DNA of 64,000 bases from an uncultured Spirochaetota bacterium (GTDB lineage: Bacteria; Spirochaetota; Spirochaetia; SZUA-6; Fen-1364), in contig CAWGAA010000001.1 of NCBI GenBank assembly GCA_963820525.1, positions 1,696,001 to 1,760,000 on the forward strand, read 5' to 3'. A model generated the notes under the pieces. It worked only from the letters and a program-made list of their open reading frames with translations, was not told the DNA's origin and did no database searches. A program made the translations under genes and the position numbers. This document shows positions 10,912 to 20,185 of this stretch, piece by piece; the stretch's first letter is position 1; the number at the start of each line of letters is the position of its first letter.

Positions 10912-11870
10912 CTATTTCGAGTCAGCAGGTGTCGGGAAATCGGTTGACAGCGGGCGCGCGGCGAGCATCCGGCCCAATTCGATCTTGTTTCCCGCACCGG
11001 TTTTATCGTAGATGCGGTTCACATGGGTCTTCACGGTGGCCATGGAAACGGAAAGCCTGTCCGCGATCTCCTTGTAGGAAAAGCCCTCCAGGAGAAGAGA
11101 CGCCACTTCACGCTCGCGGGGAGAAAGCTCGAAGCGATCGAAATCCCACTCCCCCTCGGCGGCGGCGGCGGTGTGTCTGAAATATAAAGGAAGAGTATTG
11201 AGGATGTAGATCAGGTTCCAGAGGAGATAGAAGACGGGAAAAGCCCGGAGGGACTTCGGCAATCGATCCGAGAGGGAGGGAAGAAGCTGCGGAAAGAAGT
11301 CGATCAACACGAAAAAAGGGATGAAAGCGGTCGTCAATACCGTGGCTGAGCGCATGATTCGATGCCAGCGGCTCGTTTCCGCCGGCGTGAGATCCCTCCG
11401 CGGCCAAACGCGGAGGAAGATGTTGCCCGCCACAACGGCATACACGATAACGGCGGTCAGAAGGCCGAACTCCACGTTGGCCAGCCATAGGGGGGGGAAC
11501 CCAGGCCGGCCAGGATCACCATGGCATAGGAGGCGAGGCCCAGAGCTGCGAAGATGCGGTTGAGAATCCGCTCGAAACTGAGCGCGGCCATGCTATGAAT
11601 GAAGCGGGGGAGAACCGCGATCATCAGCGACATGCCGGCAAGCTCCACAAAGGAGCTGATCAGGATCATGTTCCCCGCCCAGACTCCCGCGTTCCCCGTG
11701 TACACGTCGAAGGAATTGGAGACCAGGATGATCGTGAAGCTCGCCATGAAGGCGGCATAGCGCCGGTCGATCATGCTCTTTGCAAGAGCGCCCGTCAGAA
11801 CGGCGAAGAGAACCCCGATCCCTCCCACGGAGTAGCAGATGATTTCATAGAGGAAGATCACATGATTCAT
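10912..11870 (-). pseudogene. Membrane-anchored LuxR-family regulator, frameshifted in a C8 tract
   Basis: ORFs 11457..11870 (TMs) and 10912..11475 (TMs + LSPREREV...TVKTHVNRIYDK HTH) join if one C is added to the G8/C8 run at 11490-11497. Confidence 0.8.
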
Positions 11871-11955
11871 GGCGGCGCAACCTCACCAGTATGCGAGGGG
11901 AATAAAGCGGCGTCAAGCAAAAGACCGGCCAGGCGGGACGCGTTCGCCGGCATGG

Positions 11956-14406
11956 TCATTCGTACGTATTGCGCAGGTGGTGGAACGTGAGCGATCCTCG
12001 CAAGTCCTCCAGGCTCACTTTCCGCCGTGGGGTGAAGAAAAGGGAACGCGGCGCCCCATCAAGGAGGGTGAAGCAGTTGTCGTCAAACTCGCCGGGGATT
12101 GCCCCAGTGTCAAGGGAAACGAAGAAGGCCGGCTTGTCCGTCGTAAGACGGACCGTAAACCCGTCCCCGCATTCCTCTGCCTCGACCCGGATCTCGGCTT
12201 TTTCGATTGCGCATCGCTTGTAATCCGCGAAGAAATGCTCGTTGCTGAAGACCTTGCCCTTCTCCGGCGTGTGCTTGAGGAAGAGGAACTCCCTCTCGGG
12301 GGTAGAGGTAAGCTCCTCCTGAGAGAGAACACCGACCAGCTTGGACGACCCGGCGGGAACGCGAGCGCGCAGGCTCCCGCTCGATCCGCGCGACCCGTCG
12401 AAGCCGATCACAGACCACTCCACCGTGCCTTTGGTCTCCTGAAGCGTGTCGTTCACCAGCCATATCTCGATCCCGGCATCCGTGGGGGAGGCTGCCAGGA
12501 GCACGGGGGCGTAGAACCTGGCGGCCGCGTAATGGACCAGCTTCCATTTTCCCCCGTACTCGATGGAGGACCAGGAGCAGACCGGCCAGTTGTCGTTCAG
12601 CTGCCAGTAGAGGGTGCCCATGCACAGCGGCCTGAGATGCCGCCAATGCTCCACGGCAATCTTCATGGCAAGCGCCTGCTGAACCTGGCTTAAATACAGG
12701 AAGCTCTCGAAGCCGCGGGGGAAGCGGAAATAGCGCGTCATCATCTCCGTGATCCGGGCGTTTCCTCCGGGATGGCGCTGGTGGTGCTCCATGATCGGTG
12801 AGCTGATGCTCAGGGAATCTTCCCCGGCGTAGGATTTCACTGTTTCCAAGGAGGGGAAGGACTGGTAGCCGAACTCCGAGCAGAAGCGGGGCGAAACCTC
12901 GCGGTATGCCTGGAAAGGCTTGCCCTCGTGCCAGACGCTCCAGAAGTGCATGTCACCCCGCCTGTCGTCGTGCCAGTTGTCCGAGTAATTGCTGCGCCCG
13001 CCCGACGGCGAGCTTGGCCAGAAGGCGCGCGTTGGGTCGCACTCGTCCACGGCCTTGCCGATGACGCCTTCGTACAGCCTGTCGTAGTCCGCGATGTAGC
13101 GATCCCGGTCCTGCTTGGATTCCGCGTACCAGGACAGGGCCCCGAAGTTCTCGTTGTTTCCGCACCACAGGGCGATGGATGGGTGATCCCTCAGCCTCTT
13201 GATCTGGTGGCGCGCTTCAGCGTCCACCCGGGCAAGGAAATCGGGGACCGCGGGGTACAAGGCGCAGGCGAACATCATATCCTGCCACACGAGCAGGCCC
13301 TTCTCGTCACAGAGGTCGTAGAAGTCCTCGGATTCGTACTGCCCGCCTCCCCAGACGCGCAGCATGTTCATGTGAACCTTCACGCAACTTGAAAGCAGAT
13401 GCTCCACCCGCTCGCGGGTCTGGCGCTGGGGAAGGGCGTCGCAGGGAATCCAGTTGGCCCCCTTGCAGAAGATGTCGATGCCGTTCACCCGAAAGACCAT
13501 GGATGCGCCCACTCTGTCCGTTCGGGTAACCAGCTCGAGCGTTCGAAGCCCGATCCTCTTCGTCACCGAGTGGCCGCTAAGACGGACCTCCAAGTCGTAG
13601 AGAGGCTGTTCACCGAATCCATTGGGCCACCAGAGCCGCGGGTTTTCCACGGTAATGTCCACTGACAGCCGGCGTGGACCGGCGTCGAGCTTCACTTTTT
13701 TTTCGACCTTCTGTCCGCAGAAGCTCACGGAAAGCTCATACTCAGAGGAGCGGAATGCCCGGCACTCGACAAAGACCCGCATGCGGCAGCGGCCCGCCGC
13801 ATGCTTCTGCTCCGTGTACACGTATTCAATGCGCACGGCGGATGTGGCCTCGAGGCGGATGCCGCCATAGATCCCCGCCACCATGAGGCAGGGGCCCCAG
13901 TCCCAACCCGAATGGCATTGGACCTTGCGCACGAGGTTCCTGTGTGGGGAGTCCACGGGAAATCGCGTATGCGGAACCGGATAGGGCAGGCCGCCTGCCG
14001 CTTTCGCCGCTTCCCGTTCAGCGGAATGAAAGAGAATGCGTATGGCGTTTTTACCCGGCCGGAGGTGCGGCTTGGCGTCGAAGCAAAAGCGGGTAAACAT
14101 ATTGTCAGCGCGGCCCAGGAGCTTTCCATTGAAGAAGACCTCCGCCACGGTGTCCAGTGAATCGCAGACCAGGAGGACCGCATCCTGGGAGAGGATCTCA
14201 TCCTCGACCATAAAGTCGCGCTCCCAGGCCCAATCCTCCCTGCCGACCCACTGCACGGCGAGCTCATTCGTTCCCCCGAACGGGTCTGGAATCACCCCCG
14301 CGGCGAGCAGGGCCGAATGGGTATCTCCGGGCACGCGGGCGGGCACGGTATCCCCCGTGGCGATGCGGACCAGCCGCCAATCTCCCCGCAGATCAAGGAT
14401 TTTCAA
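11956..14406 (-). CDS. GH2 beta-mannosidase
   Basis: RKxQ..GWDWGP, KGANWIP, NMLRVWGGG, WQD, WCGNNE (acid/base), SEFG (nucleophile), YWQLND; TTG start. Confidence 0.93.
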   Translation of the reverse strand: MKILDLRGDWRLVRIATGDTVPARVPGDTHSALLAAGVIPDPFGGTNELAVQWVGREDWAWERDFMVEDEILSQDAVLLVCDSLDTVAEVFFNGKLLGRADNMFTRFCFDAKPHLRPGKNAIRILFHSAEREAAKAAGGLPYPVPHTRFPVDSPHRNLVRKVQCHSGWDWGPCLMVAGIYGGIRLEATSAVRIEYVYTEQKHAAGRCRMRVFVECRAFRSSEYELSVSFCGQKVEKKVKLDAGPRRLSVDITVENPRLWWPNGFGEQPLYDLEVRLSGHSVTKRIGLRTLELVTRTDRVGASMVFRVNGIDIFCKGANWIPCDALPQRQTRERVEHLLSSCVKVHMNMLRVWGGGQYESEDFYDLCDEKGLLVWQDMMFACALYPAVPDFLARVDAEARHQIKRLRDHPSIALWCGNNENFGALSWYAESKQDRDRYIADYDRLYEGVIGKAVDECDPTRAFWPSSPSGGRSNYSDNWHDDRRGDMHFWSVWHEGKPFQAYREVSPRFCSEFGYQSFPSLETVKSYAGEDSLSISSPIMEHHQRHPGGNARITEMMTRYFRFPRGFESFLYLSQVQQALAMKIAVEHWRHLRPLCMGTLYWQLNDNWPVCSWSSIEYGGKWKLVHYAAARFYAPVLLAASPTDAGIEIWLVNDTLQETKGTVEWSVIGFDGSRGSSGSLRARVPAGSSKLVGVLSQEELTSTPEREFLFLKHTPEKGKVFSNEHFFADYKRCAIEKAEIRVEAEECGDGFTVRLTTDKPAFFVSLDTGAIPGEFDDNCFTLLDGAPRSLFFTPRRKVSLEDLRGSLTFHHLRNTYE

Positions 14407-14576
14407 ATTCGGGCCTCGCTGAAGCTGGCGGGGACGTAGCTCGCGTCCGTCTTCCTGAGCGCGTACGTCGCATCAGCCCGCTTTTCAGGGGCTTCATCCA
14501 GCATGCGCAGAACGGTACGCTTCATCGGCTTTTACGGTACCACGGCTCGGGCCGGGATGCCAACCAGGGAAGGGGA

Positions 14577-14622
14577 TTGACGCCTCGTTCAGCGCGTGAT
14601 ATAGTTAGTTTATTCTAACTAA
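14577..14622 (+). promoter_or_regulatory. Sigma70 promoter with overlapping MarR-type operator
   Basis: TTGACG(14577)-N17-TATAGT(14600) with TG extension; inverted repeat TTAGTT-N6-AACTAA at 14605-14622. Confidence 0.8.
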
Positions 14623-14636
14623 TCAGAAGGCAGGAT

Positions 14637-15092
14637 ATGCCGTTGGACCTGAGCCGGCTTGAGCAAGGATTGGCAGTCATCACAAATGCGATCGGGGATG
14701 CGGAGGAGGCTTTCCTGAAGGATGCAGCGGCCTCGGGCCTCACGCCCCGCCAGATGCACCACCTGGACACCCTCTCCTCCCTGGGAAGCCCCTCCCCCAG
14801 CGAGATCGCCGTCGCGTTGCAGCTCAGAAAGCCATCTATCACGGCGCTCGTCTCCCAGCTCAGCGCTCTGGGCTTCATCCGGAAGGTGACATCCGACATG
14901 GACCGCAGGGGATACCACGTGCATGTCACGAAGAAGGGCATGAAGCTGATCCATGAGCATTCGGCGCTTCACCGGCGGCTCGCCCAATCCTTCGCGGCAG
15001 CCCTTCCGCCGAAAGAGCTCGCCGCTCTGTGCACCCTGCTCGAGAAGGTCGCCCGGAAAATCGGGAAAGACCACGGACTTCCCCGGGCCTGA
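14637..15092 (+). CDS. MarR-family transcriptional regulator
   Basis: GLTPRQ...SEIA..L..RKPSIT..V..L...GFI.K....DRR wing motif. Confidence 0.9.
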   Translation: MPLDLSRLEQGLAVITNAIGDAEEAFLKDAAASGLTPRQMHHLDTLSSLGSPSPSEIAVALQLRKPSITALVSQLSALGFIRKVTSDMDRRGYHVHVTKKGMKLIHEHSALHRRLAQSFAAALPPKELAALCTLLEKVARKIGKDHGLPRA

Positions 15093-15160
15093 CCCGACAC
15101 GGGATGTGAGGGCGGGCGCGGGGAAGGGGGCGCCGCATGGCGGTGTCCCGTCGCATATAT

Positions 15161-15182
15161 TGTTAGTTCAGTAAAACTAACA
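15161..15182. promoter_or_regulatory. Second copy of the MarR-type operator
   Basis: TGTTAGTT-N6-AACTAACA just upstream of the RBS of the 15196 gene. Confidence 0.75.
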
Positions 15183-15195
15183 GAGGAGGACGCGA

Positions 15196-16272
15196 ATGGG
15201 CTTTTTCGGCTGGTTCTCGCTTCTGGCCGCCGCTGCTTTTTTTTCGCTCTTCTCCGGCAGGACCCTGTTCCTCGCCGCAAAGGGAATCCCGGCTTTCACC
15301 CTGGGGAAGGGCAAGCGCGGCGTGCGGGTTTTCATCGAGCTCGGCGGGGGGGCTCTCTTCTGGCTCATCCTGGCCTTCTCCATAAGCCAGGCCTTTCATC
15401 CGGCGTTTCTCCCGGGAGTGCTCGACCGGCCCCTCTTTGCCTCTGTACCCGCGCAGGTTGCGGGTACCGTCCTGGCAGCAGCAGGCCTCGCGCTTTTTGC
15501 GGCAGCTCTCGCGTCTTTCGGAGAATCGTGGAGAATCGGCATCGACAAAGAGAACCCGGGAAGCCTGGTCACGGGCGGCGTATTCGGCCTGACCCGAAAC
15601 CCCGTTTTCCTGTCCATGGACCTGTTCTTCCTCGGGATGTCGCTCATCCATCCGACATGGCCGATCATGACCCTGACCGCGGTGTTTGTCATCGGTGTGC
15701 ACTTCCACATCCTCGAGGAGGAGCGGTTCCTCGCCACGCATTACGGGAAGGCCTACCGCGAGTATAGCCGGCGGGTCTCGCGGTACATGCCGACGGGATT
15801 CAGCGGCACGGCGGCCGAGATAAAGACCCGGATCCATGTGCCCGGGCTTCGGGGCATGAAGGTCACTGATTTTCTCTTGAACCCGACGGACGAGCGCTAT
15901 CGGCAGTGGTGGCCGGGTATGCACCTTGAGTTCCATATCCTGAAGCCTTCTCCAGACCATGTCGGAGACGTCGTCTGGATGGATGAGCTCGTAGGCAAGC
16001 GCAGGCTGCGGATGAAGGGGATCGTAGAAGAGGCGATCCCGGGCAGGCGAATCGTCTGGCGGATGAAGAAGCTCCTCAGGCTGCCCGTGCTGCTCGCCCT
16101 GGACCTGGAGGATGATGCGCACGGGGTGAAACTCACCCATGCGCTCAGCGCCGGATCGTGGGGAATCGGGAGGGTGCTCAATCCCTTCATCCGGGCTTTC
16201 TTCTCGAAAAATTTCGCGAAAGCCATGGACGAACATGCGAAGATTGAATTCCACAAGCTGAAGCATCTCTGA
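15196..16272 (+). CDS. ICMT/PEMT-family membrane methyltransferase fused to an SRPBCC/START-like domain
   Basis: SWRIGID..LVTGG.F...RNP.F...EERFL...YG..Y..Y..RV, then a soluble ~150-aa helix-grip-like domain (YRQWWPG.H...H...EF..L). Confidence 0.8.
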   Translation: MGFFGWFSLLAAAAFFSLFSGRTLFLAAKGIPAFTLGKGKRGVRVFIELGGGALFWLILAFSISQAFHPAFLPGVLDRPLFASVPAQVAGTVLAAAGLALFAAALASFGESWRIGIDKENPGSLVTGGVFGLTRNPVFLSMDLFFLGMSLIHPTWPIMTLTAVFVIGVHFHILEEERFLATHYGKAYREYSRRVSRYMPTGFSGTAAEIKTRIHVPGLRGMKVTDFLLNPTDERYRQWWPGMHLEFHILKPSPDHVGDVVWMDELVGKRRLRMKGIVEEAIPGRRIVWRMKKLLRLPVLLALDLEDDAHGVKLTHALSAGSWGIGRVLNPFIRAFFSKNFAKAMDEHAKIEFHKLKHL

Positions 16273-16385
16273 AAGCCGCCCCTTGGAGCGGCCCGGAGGG
16301 GCTGATAACCCCGTCCACCTCCAGGGCGTCGAGGCGAGCGGCCCCGGATCAAGGCGGCGACCGCGGCGGCCCGGTGCCCGCTTGC

Positions 16386-17426
16386 TCAGCGTATCTCCGT
16401 TCCGTCGGGAAGGGGCGAGCCGAAGTCCGGGGTCCCGTCCGTCCGCCACGCAAACGGCTGGACCCGCGTGTGCCGGTTCGGGTCCAGGATCGCCGGGTCG
16501 CTCACCCAGTCACTGGAGCGCGCATGATAGACGAGGTAGTCAATAGTCCCATCCGCAGAGGTCGTGAAGCTATTGTGTCCCGGTCCCCAGATTCCCACGG
16601 TTGGGTCACTGTTAAAAACCGGTGCTTCGCTCTTGGTCCAGGAGGAAGGATCGAGGAGATTCGAAAGGGTGGAGGCCGTCAGCATTCCCATGCAATAGCT
16701 CGCATCGACGTAGTTGGCGGAGTACGTAAGGAAGACCCGGCCGTTGCGCTGAAGGACTGCCGGGCCCTCATTGGTATGCCGTTTCCTCAATTCCCATTCA
16801 CGGTCAGCCGTCGATATCCTCACCTGAGCGCCCGTGATGGTCCAGGGGTTGGACATGGGCGCGATGTAGAGATCGAGCGGACCGCTCATGTCCCGGGTTT
16901 CCCGCTGCGCCCAGACAAGGTACCTGACACCCGCGCAGGAAAACGTCGTCGCGTCCAGAGTGATGGTGTCCCAGTTCGTGCGGATGCGGCCCTTCTCCGT
17001 CCAGGCGCCCATCAGCGGGTCCGCAGAGCGGTTCTCCAGCACGTACGGACGCACGTCATAGGGCGCAGAAGTTGAGCCCGCCGCGAAATACAGGTACCAG
17101 ACGCCGTCGATGAAGTGAAGCTCGGGCGCCCAAATGTTGGCGGCCATCTCTCCGAGGGGATGCTTTTTCCAGACCGTGACCGGCCGCGCGGATGCGAGTC
17201 CTGCTATCGTGGCGCTCTTTCGAAGCTCGATCCTGTCGTATTCAGGCACCGTGGAGCTGAAATAGTAAAAACCGTCCGAATGCCGGTATATCCAGGGGTC
17301 CGCATGGCGCGGCAGCAGGGGATTGACGAAGGATACGTTGGGCTGCGCTGCCAGCCGGACGTCCGGGATGCCGAAGAAACAGATCGCCAAAGATACGAAG
17401 AGAACAGCCCGCAATTTCAGTTGCAT
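16386..17426 (-). CDS. Exported GH43 glycosidase (alpha-L-arabinofuranosidase-like)
   Basis: ADP, WAPE, LDAT, NEGP, GPGHNSF, YHAR motifs; signal peptide; RBS AGGAGA. Confidence 0.92.
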   Translation of the reverse strand: MQLKLRAVLFVSLAICFFGIPDVRLAAQPNVSFVNPLLPRHADPWIYRHSDGFYYFSSTVPEYDRIELRKSATIAGLASARPVTVWKKHPLGEMAANIWAPELHFIDGVWYLYFAAGSTSAPYDVRPYVLENRSADPLMGAWTEKGRIRTNWDTITLDATTFSCAGVRYLVWAQRETRDMSGPLDLYIAPMSNPWTITGAQVRISTADREWELRKRHTNEGPAVLQRNGRVFLTYSANYVDASYCMGMLTASTLSNLLDPSSWTKSEAPVFNSDPTVGIWGPGHNSFTTSADGTIDYLVYHARSSDWVSDPAILDPNRHTRVQPFAWRTDGTPDFGSPLPDGTEIR

Positions 17427-17636
17427 TTGACGTCTCCTTGCACGCCGCGCTTGAAAAAAACAGGCCGCGGCAAAGCGTGGTTTTTCGATTGTAACCGCCT
17501 CAAGGATAGGAGTCTTTGGCGGAAACGGCTTTTTTTTGCACAAATCGAACCTGTTGAATGGGGTGCGACGCCGCATATCACGGCCGATCTCGGCCTGGAT
17601 CGCGCCCGGCCAAGCCGAACGGAGGCCCGCGCCGCT

Positions 17637-19034
17637 TTACCGTGGAATGGCTGCGATGAAACGCGAGCCTTTGCCCGCCTCGCTCTCGGCGCGGATTGTT
17701 CCCCCGTGAGCCTCGACTATCGCCTTCGCGATTGCAAGCCCGATGCCCGAGCCTCCCGTCGAGCGGGTGCGTGAAGAGTCGGCCCTGTAGAACCTCTCGA
17801 AGACGAGGGGAAGGTCTTCCGGGGAGATCCCGCAGCCGGTATCAGACACTGTGATCCGGGCCGTTTGCGGGGCTTCATCAACGCCAACCTCAACCGATCC
17901 TCCCGACGGGGTGAACTTCAGCGCGTTGGAAAGGAGATTGATTACTGCCTGGCTTATCTTGTCGGCGTCGATGGAGGAGGCAGCCGCGGGACCGCTGCGG
18001 GAGAGGCTCATCCGCAACTCCACACCTTTTGATCTGAATTGCGGCTGGTGGTTTTCCACGATACGCTCAACAAGCCGCGGGAGATCGACGCCGCGTCTTT
18101 CCAGCGTCAGCGAGTCGCTCTCGTAGCGGGCCAGGTTCTCCACGTCCACCACCATCCGGTTTATCCTGAGGATCTCCTCGTAGAGGCCCTGGAGGCGCCG
18201 CTCGTCGGGGGCCCAAACCCCGTCGATCAGGGCCTCGAGGTGGCTCTGGAGGGTGGCGAGCGGAGTGCGAAGCTCATGGGCCATGTCCGCGGTAAGCCTC
18301 TTTCGAAGCGTTTCCTGAGTCTTCAAGGCGCGTGAGAGATCGTTCACGGCCGCTGCGATTTCGTCGATCTCGCGCAGGCGCGATTTCCTGGGAAGGAGAA
18401 CATCGAGGTTTCCCCCGGCGATCTGCTGAGTGGCGGCCACCACTTGGGCCAGAGGGGCGCTGATCCCCCGCGCCATGAGGAGACCCACTCCCACGGCGAG
18501 CCCCAGGGCGATGAGCATGACCCGCATGAGGAGCCTGTTGAGGGTATTGATGAAGGCGAGCTCTTCGTCGTTGAGGAAGAAGGGCCCGTAGTAGCCGATC
18601 GAGACGCTGCCCACCTCCTGGAAGTTGCTCAGGAGGGGATAGCGGTTCTCCGTGAAAGCCCCCTTCCAGTTGGGGTATCGGCTGGCCATGTTGGCGGCGA
18701 TATGGGAGAGCATCTCCTGGCAGAGGCCGTTGTTGTGCTGCGTGGCGTCCCACACGACGCGGCCCGACGGATCGGAGACCCGAACGATGACCCCTTCCCC
18801 CAGGACGTTCAGCCCGATCGCCGCCACCCCTTCCTCGTCCCAGGTGCCGTCGGACCGCAGCTGCTCGCTCATGAGCTGTGCGATCCGCCGATGCCGGGTC
18901 TCCTGCACTTCCCGCACGTATCTGCGGAACCGGTCTTCCAGGACGCCGTTTGCCAGGGCGCTCACCAGGAGAACGCACAGAAACGCCACGAACACGTAGG
19001 AGAGGGTAAGTCTGGTGCGCAGGCTGGTGCTCAC
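17637..19034 (-). CDS. Sensor histidine kinase (BaeS-like, HAMP-HisKA-HATPase)
   Basis: 2 TMs, HAMP, AHELRTPL, NLLSNALK, DTGCGI, FERFYR, GSGIGL; periplasmic HNNGLCQEM His/Cys/Met patch. Confidence 0.93.
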   Translation of the reverse strand: MSTSLRTRLTLSYVFVAFLCVLLVSALANGVLEDRFRRYVREVQETRHRRIAQLMSEQLRSDGTWDEEGVAAIGLNVLGEGVIVRVSDPSGRVVWDATQHNNGLCQEMLSHIAANMASRYPNWKGAFTENRYPLLSNFQEVGSVSIGYYGPFFLNDEELAFINTLNRLLMRVMLIALGLAVGVGLLMARGISAPLAQVVAATQQIAGGNLDVLLPRKSRLREIDEIAAAVNDLSRALKTQETLRKRLTADMAHELRTPLATLQSHLEALIDGVWAPDERRLQGLYEEILRINRMVVDVENLARYESDSLTLERRGVDLPRLVERIVENHQPQFRSKGVELRMSLSRSGPAAASSIDADKISQAVINLLSNALKFTPSGGSVEVGVDEAPQTARITVSDTGCGISPEDLPLVFERFYRADSSRTRSTGGSGIGLAIAKAIVEAHGGTIRAESEAGKGSRFIAAIPR

Positions 19035-19038
19035 GGTG

Positions 19039-19746
19039 CTACTCTCCGTGAAAGCGATAGCCGATGCCGTGGACCGTCATGATGAAGCGGGGGTTTCGAG
19101 GATCCGCCTCGATCTTCTGCCGGAGGTTCTTCACGTGGGCGTCTATCGTCCTGTCGAATCCGTCGAAATCGCTTCCCAGGGCGAGGCTGATGAGCTGGTC
19201 CCGTGTGAGGACCCTGCCGGGGTTCGCGGCGAGGGCGCAGAGGATGCGATACTCGCTGGGGGTCAGACTAACAGCCTCCCCGCGACTCTTTACCTCCTGC
19301 CGCTGGGTGTCGATGCACAGCTCCTCGAAGCAGTAGGTGAGCTCGCGCGCCAGAGCGCCGGAGTCACCCGATGCGCGCCGCAGCACGGCCTCCACCCTCG
19401 CCATGAGCTGGCGCGGGCTGAAGGGCTTGGTTACGTAGTCGTCCGCCCCCAATTCCAGGCCCTTCACGGCGTCTTGGTCTTCCACCTTGGCGGTAAGCAT
19501 GATAATGGGGATGCGCGAGCGGGCCCGAAGCCTCCTGCACACTTCCTCCCCGGATATGTCGGGGAGCATCAGGTCGAGGATGACCAGGCAGGGCTGCTCC
19601 TTCTCGAAGAGCTCCAGGGCGCGGATTCCGTTTTCAGCGGCCAGCGGGACAAAGCCATCCCTCTCGAGGTAGGAACCGACCACCTCCGCGATCTTCGGCT
19701 CGTCGTCGACGACAAGGACTTTCCGGATCAGTCTTTCCTTGCTCAC
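19039..19746 (-). CDS. OmpR-family response regulator
   Basis: VVDDE, LDLMLP, GADDYVTKPF, RTIDAHVKNLRQK, TVHGIGY. Confidence 0.95.
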   Translation of the reverse strand: MSKERLIRKVLVVDDEPKIAEVVGSYLERDGFVPLAAENGIRALELFEKEQPCLVILDLMLPDISGEEVCRRLRARSRIPIIMLTAKVEDQDAVKGLELGADDYVTKPFSPRQLMARVEAVLRRASGDSGALARELTYCFEELCIDTQRQEVKSRGEAVSLTPSEYRILCALAANPGRVLTRDQLISLALGSDFDGFDRTIDAHVKNLRQKIEADPRNPRFIMTVHGIGYRFHGE

Positions 19747-19955
19747 TTCACGGTGTAGCCCTGATCCTCAATCGCCGCCTTGATGGAATCCAGGCTGACA
19801 AACCCCGGATCGAAATCAACGGTGACGAGCTTGTCGGCGAGGCTCACCTCTACCCCGCCAACCCCCGCCAGGCCGCCCACGGCGCTTTTTACGGCATGCA
19901 CACAGTGCTGGCAGGACATTCCTTCAACATTGAGAGCCTGCTTTTGCTTGCTCAT
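19743..19955 (-). CDS. copZ: CopZ-like copper chaperone
   Basis: 70 aa, GMSCQHC, C-terminal IEDQGY; RBS GAGGAG. Confidence 0.9.
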   Translation of the reverse strand: MSKQKQALNVEGMSCQHCVHAVKSAVGGLAGVGGVEVSLADKLVTVDFDPGFVSLDSIKAAIEDQGYTVK

Positions 19956-20016
19956 GAGAACTCCTCTTTGCGAATATGCCATCAAACCCTATGGCGGTCC
20001 AGAGCGATGTGCCCGT

Positions 20017-20137
20017 GGCGCCCGCGCCCGACCCGGCCCACGGTCGGATGCGACCCGGCCCAGTCGGCGCCCGCGCCCGACCCGGCCCACGGTCGGATGC
20101 GACCCGGCCCAGTCGGTGCCCGCGCCCGACCCGGCCC
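20017..20137. repeat. GC-rich tandem repeat, 49-bp unit x ~2.5
   Basis: Unit GGCGCCCGCGCCCGACCCGGCCCACGGTCGGATGCGACCCGGCCCAGTC at 20017 and 20066, partial third copy at 20115. Confidence 0.9.
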
Positions 20138-20185
20138 GCAGCGCTCAGGCGCAACGCGGCCTCTGGCCCGGCAAAAAGCCGCCCT

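Noticed and set aside
20017..20137. Possible CRISPR array
   Set aside because: Units are contiguous near-identical tandem copies with no unique spacers, and there are no cas genes.
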